From positions 1 to 64,000 of the forward strand of contig JAHQWL010000081.1 of NCBI GenBank assembly GCA_029856155.1: 64,000 bases of DNA. Reading direction: 5' to 3'. Position 1 is the stretch's first letter. Each line of letters begins with the position of its first letter. This document shows positions 1-10,105 of the stretch, one piece after another. Source of the stretch: Promethearchaeia archaeon (GTDB lineage Archaea > Asgardarchaeota > Lokiarchaeia > Sigyniarchaeales > SOKP01). The translations under genes and the position numbers were made by a program. The notes under the pieces were generated by a model. It was not told the DNA's origin, did no database searches, and worked only from the letters and a program-made list of their open reading frames with translations.

Positions 1-442
1 TAATACGGTCCTCTACTTTAAATCTTAAATCTCCCAGAATATCATCAATTCGAGGCTCAGTTTTTTTAAAATATTCCGGTTCTTTCGAAAAAATATCATT
101 GACAGGATAGCGTTCGAGAAAATAAGAAATAATTTCCTTTAAATGTTGTTTTACAAAATTTGGATCTGTTCCCTTTTCAATAATAGCATAAGATAATAAA
201 GGTTGAGGTTTATCAGTTTCTTTACTTGCTAATTGGACCATTTTAAAATAACATACGATTTCAAAACCTGAAAAGGATATTACATTAATCTTATCGCCAT
301 ATACCTCAGTAATGTAACTCTTCAAGCCAGTTAGAAACTTAGCTCGTATATTAGGATCAAAAACATTATCTGAAGATGAATAATACCTGGTCTCAACTAA
401 ATTCTTCATACCAAGGTTAATCCCAACTTCTAAAACCGCCAT
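1..442 (-). CDS. Longin-like domain protein (3' end runs off the window start)
   Basis: Hand translation from ATG at 442: MAVLEVGINLGMKNLVETRYYSSSDNVFDPNIRAKFLTGLKSYITEVYGDKINVISFSGFEIVCYFK..., open to position 1. The pattern resembles Asgard longin-like proteins. Not in the ORF track. Confidence 0.6.
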   Translation of the reverse strand, partial: MAVLEVGINLGMKNLVETRYYSSSDNVFDPNIRAKFLTGLKSYITEVYGDKINVISFSGFEIVCYFKMVQLASKETDKPQPLLSYAIIEKGTDPNFVKQHLKEIISYFLERYPVNDIFSKEPEYFKKTEPRIDDILGDLRFKVEDRI

Positions 443-665
443 CTCTCAAAAGGGAAATTATTCAGAGTCTCAATATCTATTTTATTACTTTATTTTTAAC
501 CATGCATATTTTATATGTTTAATTGTTTTTGATAAAGATGAATTATAAAATGGTTGAGTATAATTATCTCGCCTTATCTTTGCCAGAACTAAACTAAACT
601 AAAATATTAAATACCACTTCACAATCTTTATATTTACAGGACTTTATCTTATTCGTGAAAAAATA

Positions 666-1289
666 ATGAATATATCTCACTTGAGATCCAAATATAGAAG
701 GGAAATTGAGATAATTAGAGAAAAAGTACAGAGCGAAAACTTTTTAATTAGCTTAAGTGGCATTGATGAAATCATTAAATTACTTGAAAAATTAAATCTA
801 AAAGAAAGAAGCAAAATTCAAGAGGTATACTTAGAAAAAATATTAGAATATGCAATTCTGTATTGTCAAAAAGTTAGTAAGGACTTGATTGATGAGAGTC
901 ATATTAAAAAGGCGTTTCAAGATATATATAGAATAGAAACAGATATGATGAGAAAGATCCAATCTATTGAAAGAATTGGAGTCATTGGCACAGAGCAACA
1001 ACCAGCAGATGTAGAAGTATTTAAAGAAGAGGTAGAACTAAACACTCCAAAAGTGCAACCAGAAGAATTTGAAGTCATACAAGTGGAAGATGTAATAATA
1101 GTCTCTGAGGAAAAACTAATACAAGAGGAAGTCTCACTGGAAGAAGTAGTAGTAACCAAACCTGAAGAACAACCAAAAGAAATTATGCCACCAGAACCTC
1201 AAATAATTAAATGTTCTTTCTGTGGATTAATAATAGATGAAAAATTGACATTTTGTCCCCAATATGGAATGAGTTTTAAGAAAAAATAA
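666..1289 (+). CDS. Hypothetical protein: helical N-domain, acidic linker, degenerate C-terminal zinc ribbon
   Basis: 207-aa ORF; CSFCG...FCPQYG at the C-terminus. Confidence 0.6.
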   Translation: MNISHLRSKYRREIEIIREKVQSENFLISLSGIDEIIKLLEKLNLKERSKIQEVYLEKILEYAILYCQKVSKDLIDESHIKKAFQDIYRIETDMMRKIQSIERIGVIGTEQQPADVEVFKEEVELNTPKVQPEEFEVIQVEDVIIVSEEKLIQEEVSLEEVVVTKPEEQPKEIMPPEPQIIKCSFCGLIIDEKLTFCPQYGMSFKKK

Positions 1290-1433
1290 ACTCTGTTCTA
1301 ATAAGGACAATCATAAAGAATTTATCCTCTTGAGTTTTTCACCTACTAACTTCTTATTCATTTTTCCTTACTAATTGATATACCTAATTTAAATGCATTT
1401 TGTTGATAAACATTCTTCGATACTGATTTTGTT

Positions 1434-2237
1434 TTATTCGGGAATAGTAGCTACAGCACGAACCCATCCAGCACTAGCTCGAGCAATCTTTATAGGGAAA
1501 CAATATATTGTTGCTCCTACTGGAGGGACTTTATCTAAATTTGTTAATTTTTCCATTTGAAAATAACCTAACTCAATTCCCGCAAAATGTCCTTCCCAAA
1601 TTATAGATGCATCGGGGCTTTTTTCTCTTAAAGATTGCTTCCATTTTTTTGCTGTTATTGAGAAAGGAGCATCCCAAGACCACGCATCAATCCCAACAAC
1701 GTGAACTCCTTGCCTAACTATGTGTAATGTTGCTTCTTTTCCAATACCAACTCCATAGTTTATATAATCATTTGTTCCATAATGATTTGGAGCATTTGTA
1801 TGAATACACAAAATGTCTCCCTCTCGTAGTTTATGTCCAATTTCATTTAACTTATTATCGACATCTCCAGGAGTCATAATATATCCCTCCTCATATTCAG
1901 TACAATCTAATACTATTAAAGGACCTATCCCCCACTCTAATGGAAATTCATCAATTCTAATTGCCTTTTTTTGTCCAATCTCTTTATCCTGTATTGGTGC
2001 ATAATGCCAGGGAGCGTCCATGTGCGTTCCACTATGCGTGCCTAAGGTAATTGATTCAACTGCCCATCCTTTTCCATCTGGGAGGTGCTTTTCTGGTTTT
2101 AATCTAGGGAAGACAAATCCCATTTGTAGTGCACCTTCATTATGCAATGTGTATTCTATTTTTGGTTGAGTTAATGGTGGATCAAACACAGCTTCATCCG
2201 GATTAATAATAGGAATAGATAAATCAATAAATTTCAT
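1434..2237 (-). CDS. Cyclase family metal-dependent hydrolase (kynurenine formamidase-like)
   Basis: HSGTHMDAPWH motif, GIDAWSWD, FPIKI...VRAVA. Confidence 0.9.
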   Translation of the reverse strand: MKFIDLSIPIINPDEAVFDPPLTQPKIEYTLHNEGALQMGFVFPRLKPEKHLPDGKGWAVESITLGTHSGTHMDAPWHYAPIQDKEIGQKKAIRIDEFPLEWGIGPLIVLDCTEYEEGYIMTPGDVDNKLNEIGHKLREGDILCIHTNAPNHYGTNDYINYGVGIGKEATLHIVRQGVHVVGIDAWSWDAPFSITAKKWKQSLREKSPDASIIWEGHFAGIELGYFQMEKLTNLDKVPPVGATIYCFPIKIARASAGWVRAVATIPE

Positions 2238-2323
2238 AATTAACTCTATGATTCTATTAAATTAAAATGTTGATTAATCAATCAAAAATTTAAAAAAAAT
2301 GATTCGATCCTTGATTAAATTAG

Positions 2324-3385
2324 TTAAGATTTTTTCTTTTTCCCCTCAAGTATCGCTAATCCCATCTCCATAACTCTATTAAAAGGATCTTCTCCATCTT
2401 CTCTTAATTGCAAAGTTATTGCTTCTTCGGGGCAAACCGAAGCACATAATCCACATCCAAGACATTTTTCTCTTGATACCACAGCAATATCATCTAAAGT
2501 TATTGCTCCAACTGGACATCGATCAACACAAGTTCCACACCCAATACACACTTCTTCATCAATAATAGATTCAAACATAGCATTAAAAAATTTATGTTTA
2601 TCAAGTCCTTTTTTAGTAATCCCTTTCATTGATGCGCAGCAGCAAGGACAACAATTACATATATTTGAAAGATGTTTAGAATTAGCTCCTGCGTGTACCA
2701 AACCAGCTTTATCCGCTTCTTCAATGATTCTTACAGCTTCATCAACAGATATTTTACGTCCAATACCGTTTTCAATATAATATTCGGCAGCAACTCCAAA
2801 GCTGAGACAGGTTTCAATAGGATAATCACATCCTTCTCCATTTAATCTAGCTTCTTTACGACATATACAATCTGTTACAGAAATCACTCTTGCGTTTCTG
2901 ATACTCTCTTTCAATTTTTGATAAGGATAAAGTGTAGTATTGGGTTCAATTGTTTTCTCGATGGGGATTACTTTAAATCCTGGTATATTACTAATGCCCA
3001 TCTCGTCTTGATATGCCGTATCATAATATTCCTTGAAATAATTGGCGAGCTCCTCATCTACTTTTTTAACAGAATATTCATATAAACCTATCATAAAGGG
3101 CACAGCATTGAATAGAGTTTTATTATCTCTTCGCATTCGAAAGACTAATCCTTTTTTTGCCATCAATTCTAGCTTGTCTTCTAAGTACTTGACATCCATC
3201 CCGGTTCTCTCAGCAATTTTACATGCCTCTTCAGGAATATGGGTCAATATTATTGCTATATTTGCTTCTTCTGCTGTAAAAAGCCTTTTTAGAATTTTAA
3301 TCTCAACACCAGAAGGAGTTTGGGGATATCCTAAAGGGAATTGGTCCAAGAATTCTCTTAACCTTAAAAAAACATCTTCAGACAT
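2324..3385 (-). CDS. 4Fe-4S dicluster ferredoxin-domain protein with N-terminal HTH-like region
   Basis: CICR, ICNCCPCCC, CIGCGTCVDRCP and CLGCGLCASVCP motifs. Confidence 0.85.
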   Translation of the reverse strand: MSEDVFLRLREFLDQFPLGYPQTPSGVEIKILKRLFTAEEANIAIILTHIPEEACKIAERTGMDVKYLEDKLELMAKKGLVFRMRRDNKTLFNAVPFMIGLYEYSVKKVDEELANYFKEYYDTAYQDEMGISNIPGFKVIPIEKTIEPNTTLYPYQKLKESIRNARVISVTDCICRKEARLNGEGCDYPIETCLSFGVAAEYYIENGIGRKISVDEAVRIIEEADKAGLVHAGANSKHLSNICNCCPCCCASMKGITKKGLDKHKFFNAMFESIIDEEVCIGCGTCVDRCPVGAITLDDIAVVSREKCLGCGLCASVCPEEAITLQLREDGEDPFNRVMEMGLAILEGKKKKS

Positions 3386-3657
3386 TATAATCGATTTGCA
3401 AATAAATTGTTTAATTTTTTAATAGTCTTCGTTAAAATTTAACTTCAATGCTTACAATTGCTATTTTTTAAATATACTAATTTTATGACAATTTCCGATT
3501 TAACTAAAGCAATTAATATTTCTTCTATTTGCTAATGTAAAGGATACATAGAGCCCTTATTACATTTGAAGCTTATTAAGTTTGACAAGTTTAAAAATAA
3601 GCTTACTATTATAAATAATATAAAATTTTTAATTATAAAAAATAGAGGTGAAATTTT

Positions 3658-4206
3658 ATGGCAAAGAGAAAAGGATCAGTTTTAGGGATTATTGCATTCA
3701 TATTCAGTATTCTAGGTCTTGGACTTGGAGGTTATGCATTATATTCTACTTGGGGGATTACAAACCAAACGGTAGTGCCAGAAGCTCATCTTGCAAGAGT
3801 GTATTTAACTTCCAGTTATTCGATCACAGATTTTAATTATCATGTAGTTAATTTTAATGCAATAGATTATAACGTTGGTAATAACTTTGATCTTACAACC
3901 GATACTTTTACTTGTACCTACGCAGGATATTATCTAATTTCAGGGATGGTAACGCTTAATTATTTAGATGATGGAGAGTACATGTATGTGGCAATTTATA
4001 GGAACACTACAATATTAGAAGCCGGAAATAGCGTTCACGCTTCTCTGTCAAGTGTAACATCCGCTGAGATTGTAGATACCTTATATTTAAACATAGGAGA
4101 TTTAATACAACTTAAAGTTTTACATTCTCATACCCCAGAAACAAATATTTTTGGACTTCCTTCTGCTACTTGGACCTACTTATCTATAGGACTCATCCAA
4201 AACTAA
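3658..4206 (+). CDS. Membrane-anchored C1q/TNF-like domain protein
   Basis: N-terminal TM helix; VNFNAIDYNVGNNFDLTTDTFTCTYAGYYLISG and LYLNIGDLIQLKV follow the C1q-domain pattern. Confidence 0.7.
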   Translation: MAKRKGSVLGIIAFIFSILGLGLGGYALYSTWGITNQTVVPEAHLARVYLTSSYSITDFNYHVVNFNAIDYNVGNNFDLTTDTFTCTYAGYYLISGMVTLNYLDDGEYMYVAIYRNTTILEAGNSVHASLSSVTSAEIVDTLYLNIGDLIQLKVLHSHTPETNIFGLPSATWTYLSIGLIQN

Positions 4207-4476
4207 ACTTGGTAAAGATGCGTCATTACAAGAATTCTTTAAATTGATCAAACTGTATACATCAGAAAGCAGGAAAAGCTATAAATAATAGCTAAATCCC
4301 TAATTATATAATTCATTTTTGCTAAAATCATCTTTTTATTTTCTTAATTGCTCTTATTTTTCTTTTGGGATTTTTACTCATGCTCCTAATAAACTTGTGA
4401 GATACTTGGTTTCTCAGGACTTCACTCATAGAGAAAGTAAAACCGATTTTAAAGTTTTTATAGAAATAAGTGTTGA

Positions 4477-4606
4477 TTTAATCGTTTTAAAAAAATCTAT
4501 CGCTTCAAAAGAAATCAAAAAACAAATTAAATGGATAAATAACGGAATCGATATAGTTGGGTGTGAATTAGCCCAAAATATTGCTAAAAAGTTAAAAGAA
4601 AAATAA
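4477..4606 (+). repeat. Copy 1 of a ~130-bp direct repeat (3' stub of an unknown gene)
   Basis: Encodes LIVLKKSIASKEIKKQIKWINNGIDIVGCELAQNIAKKLKEK*; aligns without gaps to 7301-7430. Confidence 0.85.
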
Positions 4607-4636
4607 AAAGAAAAAAAGAATTTATAATTAACCTAT

Positions 4637-6715
4637 TTATTCAACTTTCCGTCTTTTCAAATAAAAGTAAACTCCCGCAATTATTCCCGCCGTAACAGCA
4701 CTTACGACGCCAATGATAGTGCCAACTAATAGAGGAATATTGATTCCACCACCAGGAGTAACCTTTCCAGGATAATCGTTAGGATCTAATGGATCGGTGC
4801 CCGAAGCAAGCTCGATTCCATCATAATGCCCATCATCATCCGAATCATCGTCAAGCGGGTCTGTACCGTACTTGATCTCAAAAGCATCATTGAGATTATC
4901 TAAATCGGTATCTATCATTGTAGGATTTGTTCCGTAGCTGAGCTCATCTAGATCATCAAGTCCATCGTAATCAATATCTCCAATACTAATTCCTAACTCA
5001 TCAATTATAGCCCTGATATCATCGATACTGTCCGAAAGTGTTCCATTAATTTGTGATAGATAATCATAATTTTGAGTCGCTAAGGCTAATACTATATTAA
5101 TTAAGGTAGCATTTCCTTCAAGATATAATACAAGCGTATCGTAATCATCTTGCCAAATTTCAGGAAAATCATTTGGATCTAATGGATCACTCCCATATGC
5201 ATGTTCATAGCCGTCCAAGAAATTATCATTATCCGTATCAATAAGTATTGGATTTGTACCAATCGAAACCTCCATCCCATCCAATAGTCCATCGTTATCA
5301 GTATCCGGATAGTCAGGATCTGTTCCTAAAAGAACTTCTGAATAAGTCGAAAGCATATCCAAATCGGGATCAATTGTTTCCAGATTACTCTGTCTTAAAA
5401 ATAGAGTATCACCAGACAATCCTTGCCAATAGATTCTTTCACCGGAAGGAATGGGATTCAGTGCATAGATCTTCCAATCATAGGATCCCACCACCACTTC
5501 GAGCTTGCCATCATTGTCTATATCTCCCAACGCTGGAGCAGACCCAACGTGTCCCACGGTAAAATTCCATACTTCAGTTCCATCCTCACCATTTAAGGCA
5601 TAGATTTTATTATCCCAACTTCCCACTACCACTTCGAGCTTGCCATCATTGTCTATATCCCCCAACGCCGGAGATGATTGCACATACGATCCCGTAGTAT
5701 AATTCCATACTTCAGTTCCATCCTCACCATTTAAGGCATAGATTTTTTTATCCTTACTTCCCACTACCACTTCGAGCATGCCATCATTGTCCACATCTCC
5801 CAACGCCGGAGATGATTGCACAACATCTCCTGTGGTATAATTCCATACTTCAGTTCCATCCTCACCATTTAAGGCATAGATTTTATTGTCCATATTTCCC
5901 ACTACCACTTCGAGCACGCCATCATTGTCCACATCGCCTAATGCCGGAGAAGATTCCACATGCATACCCATGGTATAATTCCATACTTCAGTTCCATCCT
6001 CACCATTTAAGGCATAGATTTTATTATCCCAACTTCCCACTACCACTTCGAGCTTGCCATCATTGTCTATATCTCCCAACGCTGGAGAAGATGACACAAC
6101 TGTTCCAGTGGTATAACTCCAAACAAAACTTCCATCCTCACCATTTAAGGCATAGATTTTATTATCCCCACTTGCCACTACCACTTCAAGCTTGCCATCA
6201 TTGTCCACATCTCCTAACGCAGGGGAGGAAAACACTCCTGATCCAGTGGTATAATTCCATACTTCAGTTCCATCCTCGCCATTTAAGGCATAGATTTTAC
6301 GATCAAAGCTTCCCACCACTACTTCGAGCTTGCCATCATTGTCCACATCTCCCAACGCCGGAGATGATTCCAAAACATCTCCTGTGGTATAATTCCATAC
6401 TTTAGTTCCATCTTCACCATTTAAGGCATAGATTTGATTATCCCAGCTTCCCACCACCACTTCGAGCTTACCATCATTGTCTATATCTCCCAACGCCGGA
6501 GAAGAGGGCACATAATCTCCTGTAGTATAATTCCATAACTTTGATACACTTGCTGAATTTTTTAACTGTTTCACGTAATCAGAATTCTCAGAGTTATTTT
6601 GCATAGAAATCTCTTTTTGCGGTCTTAAAGTCATCAACGTCATACTTAGAGATAAAATAATTGCGATTATTAGATACAAATTTATTAATTTTCTACTTTT
6701 TTTCATGAATTTCAC
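4637..6715 (-). CDS. Cell-surface protein: signal anchor, 8 FG-GAP/PQQ-like propeller repeats, Ca-binding DxDxDG (TSP3-like) repeats, C-terminal TM anchor
   Basis: 46-aa repeat WNYTTG..SSPALGDxDNDGKLEVVVGS.D.KIYALNGEDG; DTDNDGLLDGME..GTNP repeats; terminal TM followed by KRRK. Confidence 0.9.
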   Translation of the reverse strand: MKFMKKSRKLINLYLIIAIILSLSMTLMTLRPQKEISMQNNSENSDYVKQLKNSASVSKLWNYTTGDYVPSSPALGDIDNDGKLEVVVGSWDNQIYALNGEDGTKVWNYTTGDVLESSPALGDVDNDGKLEVVVGSFDRKIYALNGEDGTEVWNYTTGSGVFSSPALGDVDNDGKLEVVVASGDNKIYALNGEDGSFVWSYTTGTVVSSSPALGDIDNDGKLEVVVGSWDNKIYALNGEDGTEVWNYTMGMHVESSPALGDVDNDGVLEVVVGNMDNKIYALNGEDGTEVWNYTTGDVVQSSPALGDVDNDGMLEVVVGSKDKKIYALNGEDGTEVWNYTTGSYVQSSPALGDIDNDGKLEVVVGSWDNKIYALNGEDGTEVWNFTVGHVGSAPALGDIDNDGKLEVVVGSYDWKIYALNPIPSGERIYWQGLSGDTLFLRQSNLETIDPDLDMLSTYSEVLLGTDPDYPDTDNDGLLDGMEVSIGTNPILIDTDNDNFLDGYEHAYGSDPLDPNDFPEIWQDDYDTLVLYLEGNATLINIVLALATQNYDYLSQINGTLSDSIDDIRAIIDELGISIGDIDYDGLDDLDELSYGTNPTMIDTDLDNLNDAFEIKYGTDPLDDDSDDDGHYDGIELASGTDPLDPNDYPGKVTPGGGINIPLLVGTIIGVVSAVTAGIIAGVYFYLKRRKVE
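5456..6535 (-). repeat. Intragenic tandem repeat, ~8 x 138 bp
   Basis: Near-identical DNA units (e.g. ccatcctcaccatttaaggcatagatttt recurring every 138 bp). Confidence 0.95.
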
Positions 6716-6896
6716 TCAAAAATAATTTTTTTTATAAATTGAGTACACTTCATAAGAAAATATATGAAGTTTGGATTGTACAAATTATAAAACACTCACT
6801 CTTCTATATAAACATTTCATATTTATGTCAATAATCACACGATGGCAAGACAAATTACTAACTTGGCAAAAATGGAAATAATCTAAGGCAACAATA

Positions 6897-7298
6897 CTAT
6901 AGGAAAAAAGGGAGACATGTTGTGAAACCTAATAATATCCCCGCTGTAACTCCTCCAATTAGAAGCGAAAATCCCGTTTTAGCATTGAATGGTACTCTAT
7001 TTACTAAATACCATACAGCAATTATTAAATCTGTTAGAGCCCCAAAAGATCCTATAGCTACACAATAATAAATTGTCTGTTCATGTGGATAAATCGAAGC
7101 CGAAATATCCATTATCCTATTCATAGTATAAGGATCAATTATTCCATGAAAATTAATAAAATTAAAGATAAGCCTATCTGGTAAAGGATCTAAAATCCAA
7201 TTTAGAAATATCATAAACCAATTTAATAAAATTCCGAAGGCTATTACTATGTATACTGTTCCTAAAATCAAGCGAGGGTTTCTAAATTTATTAATCTC
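6897..7298 (-). pseudogene. Probable 5'-truncated membrane protein gene
   Basis: The frame stays open upstream of TTG 7271 (TEINKFRNPR) until a stop exactly at the junction with repeat copy 2. Confidence 0.5.
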
Positions 7299-7300
7299 AG

Positions 7301-7430
7301 TTTAACCGTATTAAAGAAATCCGTCACCTCAAAAGAGATTAAAGAGCAACTTAAATGGGTAATTAACGGAATAGATATAGTTGGATGCGAATTAGCCCAA
7401 AACATCGCTAAAAAATTAAAAGAAAAATAG
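7301..7430 (+). repeat. Copy 2 of the ~130-bp direct repeat (3' gene stub)
   Basis: Encodes LTVLKKSVTSKEIKEQLKWVINGIDIVGCELAQNIAKKLKEK*. Confidence 0.85.
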
Positions 7431-7465
7431 AAAGAGAAAATAAATTAAAAAAAATAATTTTATCA

Positions 7466-9154
7466 TTAATAATCCATTGGCGGCATGCCTCCCATGCCAC
7501 CTCCCATGCCACCCATTCCTGGAGGCATACCTCCCATTCCTGGAGGCATTCCACCGGGAGGACCTGCGCTTCTAGCTGATGCGATTACATCATCGATACG
7601 TAGAATCATTGAGGTAGCTTCGGTAGAACTTTTGATTGCTTGTACTTTTACGACAGTTGGTTCGACAACACCAATTTTTGCCATGTCAATTACAACATCA
7701 CCAGTATCTAAATCGGTACCGGCAAACTTATTGCCTTTTTGATGGGCAGCTCTTAGTTTCATGAGCGTATCGATTTGGTCTAACCCTGCATTTTCAGCAA
7801 GGGTTTTTGGGATGATATCAAGTGAATCTGCGAAAATTTCGACAGCGAGTTGTTCACGGCCGCCTAGAGTGGATGCGTATTTCCTTAATTGAATGGCGAC
7901 CTCAATCTCAGGAGCGCCACCACCGCCAACGAGTTTCTGATCTTCTACAACATCTCTAACTACGCAAAGTGAATCATGAATAGCTCTTTCAACTTCATCA
8001 ATGATAAGTTCAGTTCCTCCTCTTATAAGAATTACAACAGATTTAGGATCTTTACATTCTTCAATGAAAATCCATGAGTCGTTCATAATTTTGCGTTCTT
8101 CGACTAATCCAGCCCATCCAAGTTTATCGGAGGTAATATCATCAAGGTTAGTAAAAATTGCACCACCAGTGGCTTTTGCGAGTTTTTCAATATCAGATTT
8201 TTTCACTCTTCTTACTGCCGTAATTCCTGCTTTAGTAAGGAAATGCTGAGCCATATCATCAATTCCTTTTTGACAAATTACGACATTTGCTCCAGAATTT
8301 GCGATTTTTTCAGTCATAGTTCTTAGCATATGTTCTTCTTCATCTAAGAATTGCTGGATTTGGTCTGGGCTAGTAATTTGAAGTTTGGTATCAAATTCAG
8401 TTTTTTCAATTTCTATTGCGCTTTGCAATAGTAAAATTTTCGCATCCCTAATACTTTTTGGCATGCCAGGGCTTACAACTTCTTTATCTAGGATAATACC
8501 TTTAATTAAACTGGTATCATCAATTGAGTCTCCTTCTTTCTTCTGAATTTGGACTTTTTCAATATCAGCAACCCATTTTCCATTCTCAGATTTTTCGGCA
8601 ACAGCTAAAATAGCATCCATACAAATCTGAGCTAACTTTTCTTTTGATTCAGATACAATTTTACTAGACATACAAGTCATAGCAGCATTCTTCAATCCTT
8701 CCTTATCATCAATTCCACTTTTAATTGAAATATTATCAAGGATTTCAACTGCTTTTTCTGCTGCTTTTCGGAAGCCTTCAGTAATTACTGTAGGATGTAT
8801 TTTCTGTTCTATCAATTTTTTAGCGCGCTTTAATAATTCTCCGGCAAGAATAACTGATGTCGTTGTTCCATCACCAACTTCTGAGTCTTGAGTCTTAGCA
8901 ACTTCGACCATCATTTTGGCAGCAGGATGTTGTACATCAATTTCTTTTAAAATTGTTGCACCGTCATTTGTGATTACAACGTCACCGAACTGGTCTACGA
9001 GCATCTTATCCATGCCTCGAGGTCCAAGTGAAGTTCTCACAGCTTCAGCAATAACTATTGCGGCAGCAATGTTGTTTGACATCGCATCTCTTCCACGTTG
9101 TCTTTCTGTACCTTCTTTCATAATAAATACGGGTGTTCCGCCTAATTGTGCCAT
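7466..9154 (-). CDS. ths: Thermosome subunit (group II chaperonin)
   Basis: [27 protein letters not shown]-rich tail; likely start ATG at 9154. Confidence 0.98.
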   Translation of the reverse strand: MAQLGGTPVFIMKEGTERQRGRDAMSNNIAAAIVIAEAVRTSLGPRGMDKMLVDQFGDVVITNDGATILKEIDVQHPAAKMMVEVAKTQDSEVGDGTTTSVILAGELLKRAKKLIEQKIHPTVITEGFRKAAEKAVEILDNISIKSGIDDKEGLKNAAMTCMSSKIVSESKEKLAQICMDAILAVAEKSENGKWVADIEKVQIQKKEGDSIDDTSLIKGIILDKEVVSPGMPKSIRDAKILLLQSAIEIEKTEFDTKLQITSPDQIQQFLDEEEHMLRTMTEKIANSGANVVICQKGIDDMAQHFLTKAGITAVRRVKKSDIEKLAKATGGAIFTNLDDITSDKLGWAGLVEERKIMNDSWIFIEECKDPKSVVILIRGGTELIIDEVERAIHDSLCVVRDVVEDQKLVGGGGAPEIEVAIQLRKYASTLGGREQLAVEIFADSLDIIPKTLAENAGLDQIDTLMKLRAAHQKGNKFAGTDLDTGDVVIDMAKIGVVEPTVVKVQAIKSSTEATSMILRIDDVIASARSAGPPGGMPPGMGGMPPGMGGMGGGMGGMPPMDY

Positions 9155-9363
9155 TTTTTTCACTCTTAGTAAATATATTTATTGAATAAATTTTTGAAAT
9201 AATATTTTATTTATATAGATCTCTAAGTCATAAAATTAAAAAAGTTTACGAATTTTCAATTCCGTAAGAAAAATAACTGAATTTTATAATTTTTAAAGAA
9301 TCAGACCAATAATGAGAAATTTACCACCTTATTTTATAAAAGATATAAAAATAAGATATGTCT

Positions 9364-9528
9364 TTATTTAGTGAGTTCTCTCTTTTTGAGTCTTAGATCT
9401 TTTCCATGGCATCTACGGCATTTCTTTGCTCTAAGTGGATTAAGGGCTCCACATCTTCTACATACAGTTTTTTCTAGTAGATGATATCTCGCGATTCTCC
9501 TCTTCACTGGATCGTCTATAGGGCTCAT
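9364..9528 (-). CDS. rpl40e: 50S ribosomal protein L40e (eL40)
   Basis: Hand translation MSPIDDPVKRRIARYHLLEKTVCRRCGALNPLRAKKCRRCHGKDLRLKKRELTK*; absent from the ORF track (54 aa). Confidence 0.95.
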   Translation of the reverse strand: MSPIDDPVKRRIARYHLLEKTVCRRCGALNPLRAKKCRRCHGKDLRLKKRELTK

Positions 9529-9716
9529 TATTCTTCAATCAATATTTTATTCCAAAGAAATTTATACTTAAATCAAATAGTAATAAGAATAATTTCTAAA
9601 ACACATGATTAAAAATAAAATTTTTGTTTAGGCTATAGTAAAATATGATAAAATTAAAATTCTATAAATAATAGATCTATTCATACTTTACATCAAGTAA
9701 GATTAGTTGAGTTAAC

Positions 9717-9911
9717 GTGCCAAGAGAAATTTTTGAAGAAAATAAATTCATAGAAATCTCCGAATATGCAATTCATTGTCGAGTTAAGCGCTTAAAAGAT
9801 ATTGTGAAGCTAAAATTAAGAACCAAGAAAATTCTTTATACATATAAAACGGATCCAGCGACAGCAGAAAGATTACTAAGAAATATTAGTTGCGATATTA
9901 TAGAATTATAA
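9717..9911 (+). CDS. rpl38e: Ribosomal protein L38e (eL38)
   Basis: MPREI...RVKR..DIVKLKLRTKKILYTYK matches the eL38 pattern. Confidence 0.9.
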   Translation: MPREIFEENKFIEISEYAIHCRVKRLKDIVKLKLRTKKILYTYKTDPATAERLLRNISCDIIEL

Positions 9912-10105
9912 AGTTTGCTTAATTGAAAAATGATTAATTTACTCTGCTAATAAAATTGGAGACTAACTTATTTTAAGATTTAATTTGGAAAACTAAAAAA
10001 ATAAAGAAAATATAATTTTAAACTCCTTTTTTCGGAATAGTTAATTTTTTATTATTTTATAATGATCTTATTTTTAAAAATGATGATGATTAAGATGATT
10101 TAGCA

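Noticed and set aside
4410-4435. DFTHRE hexapeptide shared by ORFs 4319 and 29465
   Set aside because: No similarity beyond six residues; treated as coincidence
4319-4606. 95-aa ORF as an intact gene
   Set aside because: Only the last ~43 codons match the second copy; the 5' part looks like unrelated sequence joined by chance
5248-6405. Plus-strand His/Pro-rich ORFs (5248-5562, 5812-6405)
   Set aside because: Antisense shadows of the propeller repeats
5456-6535. Regular repeats as a CRISPR array or DGR template/variable pair
   Set aside because: Units are in-frame 138-bp coding repeats without unique spacers; no cas or reverse transcriptase gene in the window
6739-6750. 12-nt complementarity between the candidate ncRNA (17818-17829) and the propeller gene leader
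   Set aside because: Several 12-mer matches are expected by chance between a 490-nt and a 64-kb AT-rich sequence
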